Positions 59,881 to 64,000 of a DNA stretch of 64,000 nt are shown here, piece by piece. The notes below the pieces were generated by a model that had not been told where the DNA came from, ran no database searches, and saw only the letters and a list, made by a program, of their open reading frames with translations. Source of the DNA: Parcubacteria group bacterium Gr01-1014_13 (GTDB lineage: Bacteria; Patescibacteriota; Patescibacteriia; Magasanikbacterales; GWA2-37-8); assembly GCA_007376295.1 (NCBI GenBank), contig VMGB01000002.1, positions 66,844 through 130,843 on the forward strand, read 5' to 3'. The stretch's first letter is position 1. Each line of letters begins with the position of its first letter. The position numbers were made by a program, and so were the translations under genes.

Positions 59881-59910
59881 GAGCCTCGAAATGTTCGAGG
59901 CTCTTTTTTT
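59881..59910. terminator. Bidirectional rho-independent terminator between the large gene (+) and tgt (-)
   Basis: GAGCCTCG-AAATGT-TCGAGGCTC followed by TTTTTTT. Confidence 0.65.
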
Positions 59911-61066
59911 AAACCCATTTTTTTAGAAGTTCTGTGAATTTATCTTCCAAAATCGCTTCACGAGCTTGGCGAGTTAAATCCAGCATGAAATGTAGATTGT
60001 GAATGCTGGCCAAACGCATGGCGGAAAGTTCTTGGGTGTTAAAAAGATGATGCAAGTAAGCGCGGGAATAATTTTTACATGTTGAACAAGTACAATCTTT
60101 ATCAATCGGCGCAGAATCTTTGGTAAATTTAGCATTAGTGATATTTATTCGCAGTTTTTTGTCTTCTGTGGGACCAACAAACAACATGCCGTGTCTGGCG
60201 AGTCTAGTTGGTGCCACACAATCAAACATATCTACGCCATGTTCTATAGCAATAAGTAAATCTGCTGGTGATAAGCCAACACCCATAGCATAATGTGGTT
60301 TGTTTTCCGGGATAAGCGGATATACCCAGTCCAAAATATCTTTAGTCGCTTCCATATTATACCCAATCGATTCTCCGCCAATCGCAATGCCGTCAAAATC
60401 TAAACTGGAAATATATTTTGCGCTCTCTTCGCGTAAATTTTTGCGATTTGAACCTTGAATAATACCAAAAATAAATTGGCGATAGCCGTGATGGCTTGTA
60501 TTTTTTTGGTGTTCAGCCAAAGACCGCTCTGCCCAGCGGTGAGTGCGTTCCATAGCTTCGCGCACATATTTTTCTTCAGCGCTATCAGGTGTGCACTCAT
60601 CAAAAGCCATAATAATATCCGCGCCAAGTTTGTGTTGGGTGTCTATGGCCGATTCAGCAGTAAATCTATGTTCGCTGCCATCTATATGAGAACGAAAAGT
60701 AACGCCGTCTTCATCAATACTGACCAATTTTTTGTTATCTAGTTCGGCATTTTTTTGTAAACCTAAACTAAATACCTGAAATCCGCCACTATCGGTAAGA
60801 ATTGGTTTAGGCCAGTTCATAAATTTGTGCAATCCGCCAAAATTGTTTATCAAATCTTCACCAGGGCGAAGGTGTAAATGGTAGGTGTTGCTTAAAATAA
60901 TTTGCGCAGACAAATTAGCCAGATCAGTTTGATCCAGAGTTTTGACTGTTGCTTGCGTGCCCACGGGCATAAAAATAGGGGTAGCAATATCGCCGTGATC
61001 CGTATGGATTATACCGGCGCGCGCGTTGGAATTTTTGTCTTTATGTTGCAGCTCAAAAAATGACAT
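59909..61066 (-). CDS. tgt: Queuine tRNA-ribosyltransferase (tRNA-guanine transglycosylase)
   Basis: TIM-barrel Tgt blocks (TPIFMPVGT; DSGGFQ) and a C-terminal zinc site CxCxxC...H (CTCSTCKNYSRAYLHH). Confidence 0.92.
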   Translation of the reverse strand: MSFFELQHKDKNSNARAGIIHTDHGDIATPIFMPVGTQATVKTLDQTDLANLSAQIILSNTYHLHLRPGEDLINNFGGLHKFMNWPKPILTDSGGFQVFSLGLQKNAELDNKKLVSIDEDGVTFRSHIDGSEHRFTAESAIDTQHKLGADIIMAFDECTPDSAEEKYVREAMERTHRWAERSLAEHQKNTSHHGYRQFIFGIIQGSNRKNLREESAKYISSLDFDGIAIGGESIGYNMEATKDILDWVYPLIPENKPHYAMGVGLSPADLLIAIEHGVDMFDCVAPTRLARHGMLFVGPTEDKKLRINITNAKFTKDSAPIDKDCTCSTCKNYSRAYLHHLFNTQELSAMRLASIHNLHFMLDLTRQAREAILEDKFTELLKKWV

Positions 61067-61104
61067 ATGCCAGCATCATAGCTGATTTTGTATAAAAAAT
61101 CAAG

Positions 61105-63156
61105 GTGTGCTATTATCTTCGTATGATTGATTTTCCTAAAGAATTAAATTCAGAACAATTGGAAGTAGTTTTGCACGGCGATGGGCCGTGTTTAGTTTTG
61201 GCTGGCGCGGGTAGCGGCAAAACCAGAGTTATTACTTATCGGGTAGCATATCTTTTAGAACAGGGAATTAGTCCAGAAAATATATTATTAGTTACTTTTA
61301 CCAATAAAGCAGCCGACGAAATGATTCGCCGTATGCAATCCCTTACCGGCATACAAGAAAAATTACCTTGGGCCGGGACATTTCATCATATTGCTTATCG
61401 AATTTTGCGTCAGTATGCTCCGCTATTAGGGTATAAAAATAATTTTTCCGTATTAGATAGCGACGACAGCGAAGCGTTGTTAAAACTTTGTGCCAAGCCA
61501 TTTAAATCATCAGATGGTGACAAAAGAAAATTTCCTTCAGCTTCTATTTTACAAAATATTATTAGTTTTAGCCGTAATTCGGAAACAACAGTGGCCGATG
61601 TTTTGGATTTAAAATATCCGCAGTGGCTGGTGGTGGAAGATCAGATAAAAAGTATTGCCGATGAGTATTATATAAAGAAGAAAGAGGCCAACGCCATGGA
61701 TTTTGATGATCTGCTGACTAATTTTTTGTTATTGCTAAACAGCGACCAGGTTTTGCAAAAATATTCCCAACAATTTAAATATATTTTGGTAGATGAGTAT
61801 CAGGATACAAACAAAATTCAGGCTTCGATAATAAAAAAACTGGCTTCGGCCCATAATAACTTGTTGGTGGTGGGGGACGACGCCCAAAGTATTTATTCTT
61901 TCCGCGCAGCGGATGTGCAAAACATTTTACAATTTGAAAAAGATTATCCGAGCGCAAAAATTTTTAAACTAGAAACAAACTATCGTTCCAGCCAAGAAAT
62001 TTTACAATTGGCCAATGAAGTTATTTCCAATAACGTTAAACAATATAAAAAAGAATTAAAAACTGTTTTGCAAAGCGGTCTCAAACCGAGCTTGCATCCG
62101 CAAATGGATCAAGCGGGGGAGGCTGAATTTGTGGCCGGTAAAATTTTGGAGCTGATTGAAAACAATACTCCGGAAAACGAAATTGCCGTATTGTTTCGCG
62201 CTGCCTATCATTCGCAGATGTTGGAATTGGAACTGGTAAAAGCCGGTATTGCCTATGATTATCGCGGGGGTCTAAGATTTTTTGAGCGCGCACATGTTAA
62301 AGATGTTTTGGCATATTTACGAATATTAAATAATTTTGCCGACACAGCCGCCTGGATGCGGGTGCTGATGCACGAAGAGGGTATTGGTCCAGCTGCAGCA
62401 CAAAAAATTGTCGAAGCGCTCAAGAGTGCAACAAATGTAGAAGATGTAAAGGTTATTGGCCAACAAGTTTTGGGAGAAAAAGCCAAAAATGGTTGGTATA
62501 ATTTTGTCCGTATTTGGGAAGCAATGCTCGGCACCAGCCGTACGGATACCGCGGCACTCATTGATTCTATTATAAACTCACCTTATAAGGACTATTTGGA
62601 AGGGGAGTTTATAGACAGCAAAGACAGATTGGAAGATATATCCCAGCTGCAAGTTTTTGCGAATAAATATAATGAACTGGAACAATTTTTGGCTGAGGCA
62701 AGTTTGCAGGAATCTTTTAATATTAGAGGTGGTGGAAAAAGCGCAGATCAAAGCGGGCCGAAAGTAGTTTTGTCTACAATTCATCAAGCCAAAGGTTTGG
62801 AATGGTCGGCTGTATTTATTATAAATTTATCTAGCGGCGCTTTTCCAAGTGACCGCGCTTTTCGTGAGCCAAATGGATTGGAAGAAGAACGCCGTTTATT
62901 TTATGTGGCCATTACTCGCGCCAAAAAACATTTACACCTTACATATCCTATGGCTGGCGGGGGATTTGGCGATTCTATGTCCGGACCCAGCCTGTTTTTA
63001 GGAGAAATAAGTTCGGATTTGCTTGATGACCATTCTTTATTATCCGGTAACGGCCTAGTATTAAATGATGAAGAGGCGGGAGTAACTTACGAATCCGAAG
63101 ACAAGCCTTTGCGTATTACTCCAGGCAGTTTTTTGCGGAGTATAGATGATTTGTAA
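61105..63156 (+). CDS. uvrD: UvrD/PcrA/Rep-family ATP-dependent DNA helicase
   Basis: SF1 motifs: Walker A AGAGSGKT, motif II (VDEYQDTN), later SF1 blocks (TNYRS; VLFRAAYHSQ); 2B domain. True start may be the MIDFPKEL Met at 61123. Confidence 0.9.
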   Translation: MCYYLRMIDFPKELNSEQLEVVLHGDGPCLVLAGAGSGKTRVITYRVAYLLEQGISPENILLVTFTNKAADEMIRRMQSLTGIQEKLPWAGTFHHIAYRILRQYAPLLGYKNNFSVLDSDDSEALLKLCAKPFKSSDGDKRKFPSASILQNIISFSRNSETTVADVLDLKYPQWLVVEDQIKSIADEYYIKKKEANAMDFDDLLTNFLLLLNSDQVLQKYSQQFKYILVDEYQDTNKIQASIIKKLASAHNNLLVVGDDAQSIYSFRAADVQNILQFEKDYPSAKIFKLETNYRSSQEILQLANEVISNNVKQYKKELKTVLQSGLKPSLHPQMDQAGEAEFVAGKILELIENNTPENEIAVLFRAAYHSQMLELELVKAGIAYDYRGGLRFFERAHVKDVLAYLRILNNFADTAAWMRVLMHEEGIGPAAAQKIVEALKSATNVEDVKVIGQQVLGEKAKNGWYNFVRIWEAMLGTSRTDTAALIDSIINSPYKDYLEGEFIDSKDRLEDISQLQVFANKYNELEQFLAEASLQESFNIRGGGKSADQSGPKVVLSTIHQAKGLEWSAVFIINLSSGAFPSDRAFREPNGLEEERRLFYVAITRAKKHLHLTYPMAGGGFGDSMSGPSLFLGEISSDLLDDHSLLSGNGLVLNDEEAGVTYESEDKPLRITPGSFLRSIDDL

Positions 63157-63220
63157 GGATCTTGACATTGTATTACAGTTGTATTACAATATATCTGTAA
63201 TCTAATTTTAATATATATTT

Positions 63221-63448
63221 ATGCGACAAGTTCTTAGCTTATCTTTGCCTATCACTGATGTCCGACAGATCAAAACTTTTGCTAAAAAACGCGGCTATAG
63301 TTCGGTGAGTTCTTATGTAAAATATTTACTTAAGGCTGACGAAGATTTAATTTCTGAAACTGAGTTATTAAAAACAGTAAAACACGCGCGCAAAGAGTAT
63401 CGCGCCGGTAAATCAATCAAAGCCAAATCGCTAGCTGATTTGGTATGA
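63221..63448 (+). CDS. Putative type II antitoxin
   Basis: 75-aa ORF overlapping the downstream RelE/ParE-like toxin gene by 4 nt (ATGA). Confidence 0.5.
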   Translation: MRQVLSLSLPITDVRQIKTFAKKRGYSSVSSYVKYLLKADEDLISETELLKTVKHARKEYRAGKSIKAKSLADLV

Positions 63449-63717
63449 TGGTAAAAGCAATTTTGTATTCTTCTGAATTTGTAGCTGAATTACGCAAATT
63501 GCCAAAGACGTTGTTGGCGTTGGCTATAAAAAAAGAAAAAATCTTCAAAGACAACCCCTTGCATCCATCGCTACGGCTTCATGCTTTGCAAGGAAAATTA
63601 AAGGGATTGTGGTCAATTTCGATAACCGGCAGTTATCGTATTATTTTTGAACGCCAAGCCAATGGTGATATTTTGTTTATCTCCATCGGTAAACACGATA
63701 TTTATCGGAGTTTGTAG
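63445..63717 (+). CDS. RelE/ParE-family type II toxin
   Basis: 90 aa; LKG.W..SITGSYRIIF......I.FI.IGKH... pattern typical of RelE/ParE toxins. Confidence 0.7.
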   Translation: MMVKAILYSSEFVAELRKLPKTLLALAIKKEKIFKDNPLHPSLRLHALQGKLKGLWSISITGSYRIIFERQANGDILFISIGKHDIYRSL

Positions 63718-63720
63718 CCC

Positions 63721-63749
63721 TTGACTTTTTCTGGTCCTTACTATATAAT
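63721..63749 (+). promoter_or_regulatory. Consensus sigma-70 promoter upstream of rpsL (TTGACT-17-TATAAT)
   Basis: TTGACT, 17-nt spacer, TATAAT, located about 135 nt before the rpsL start. Confidence 0.55.
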
Positions 63750-63882
63750 CTTTCTAGAACGCAGTAAGTCTCGTGGCTGAGCAATAAAACGTTCAGTTTT
63801 TTATTTATCACGGATTGCACGGGTTAATAAAAAATTTTACCAATTTAATCAAAATTTTCAAATTAGTTAAATCAATGACATT

Positions 63883-64000
63883 ATGCCTACAATAAATCAA
63901 CTTATCCGCAAAGGTAGAACTAGCAAGGTACGCAAAAGCAAAGTGCCTGCTTTGCAATTTACAGTAGATAACTTGCACAGACGCAAAACATATTTTGCTA
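63883..64000 (+). CDS. rpsL: 30S ribosomal protein S12 (5' partial; continues beyond the window)
   Basis: MPTINQLIRKGRTSKVRKSKVPAL... matches the highly conserved S12 N-terminus. Confidence 0.75.
   Translation, partial: MPTINQLIRKGRTSKVRKSKVPALQFTVDNLHRRKTYFA

Noticed and set aside
1-64000. CRISPR arrays, IS elements, transposases or integrases
   Set aside because: I scanned for short regularly spaced direct repeats and for transposase/integrase-like ORFs and found none. The only notable direct repeat is the 41-bp rpoC-end duplication.

Overview
AT-rich (~40% G+C by eye) bacterial chromosomal segment, densely packed with housekeeping genes on both strands. Recognisable genes: maeB-like malic enzyme, a VKOR/DsbA pair, a tRNA-Pro/Phe/Ala cluster, mgtC, recA, ftsK, rpoB-rpoC, yebC-ruvC, trxB, rpe/rpiB, type-2 ileS, ruvA, argH-like lyase, gatB, a thymidylate-synthesis cluster (tmk-folA-thyA ... 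dut-NMP kinase-dCMP deaminase), rplA, an OmpR/HK two-component system, proS, trpS, tgt, a uvrD/pcrA helicase, a RelE/ParE toxin-antitoxin pair and the start of rpsL. The gene content and compact layout fit a reduced-genome, possibly CPR/Patescibacteria-like organism (rpoBC not preceded by rplL, type-2 IleRS, VKOR+DsbA instead of DsbB). That taxonomic call is inference only. Several segments stand out against this background. (1) Three tandem paralogous small genes with identical ribosome-binding sites at 9.5-10.4 kb. (2) A ~1 kb insert at the 3' end of rpoC, bracketed by a 41-bp direct repeat that re-encodes the rpoC C-terminus with synonymous changes. (3) Two diverged paralogs of an unknown protein family, each in a higher-GC stretch (19.3 kb and 41.1 kb). 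(4) A GC-rich small gene for a Cys-containing protein at 27.4 kb. (5) A higher-GC block at 51-53.8 kb next to tRNA-Asn that encodes four Cys-rich small proteins. (6) A 916-aa coiled-coil protein gene at 57.1-59.8 kb with a clearly foreign (~50% G+C) composition. (7) A 600-bp ORF-free region with a strong terminator at 50.1-50.7 kb. No CRISPR arrays, transposases or integrases were recognised.
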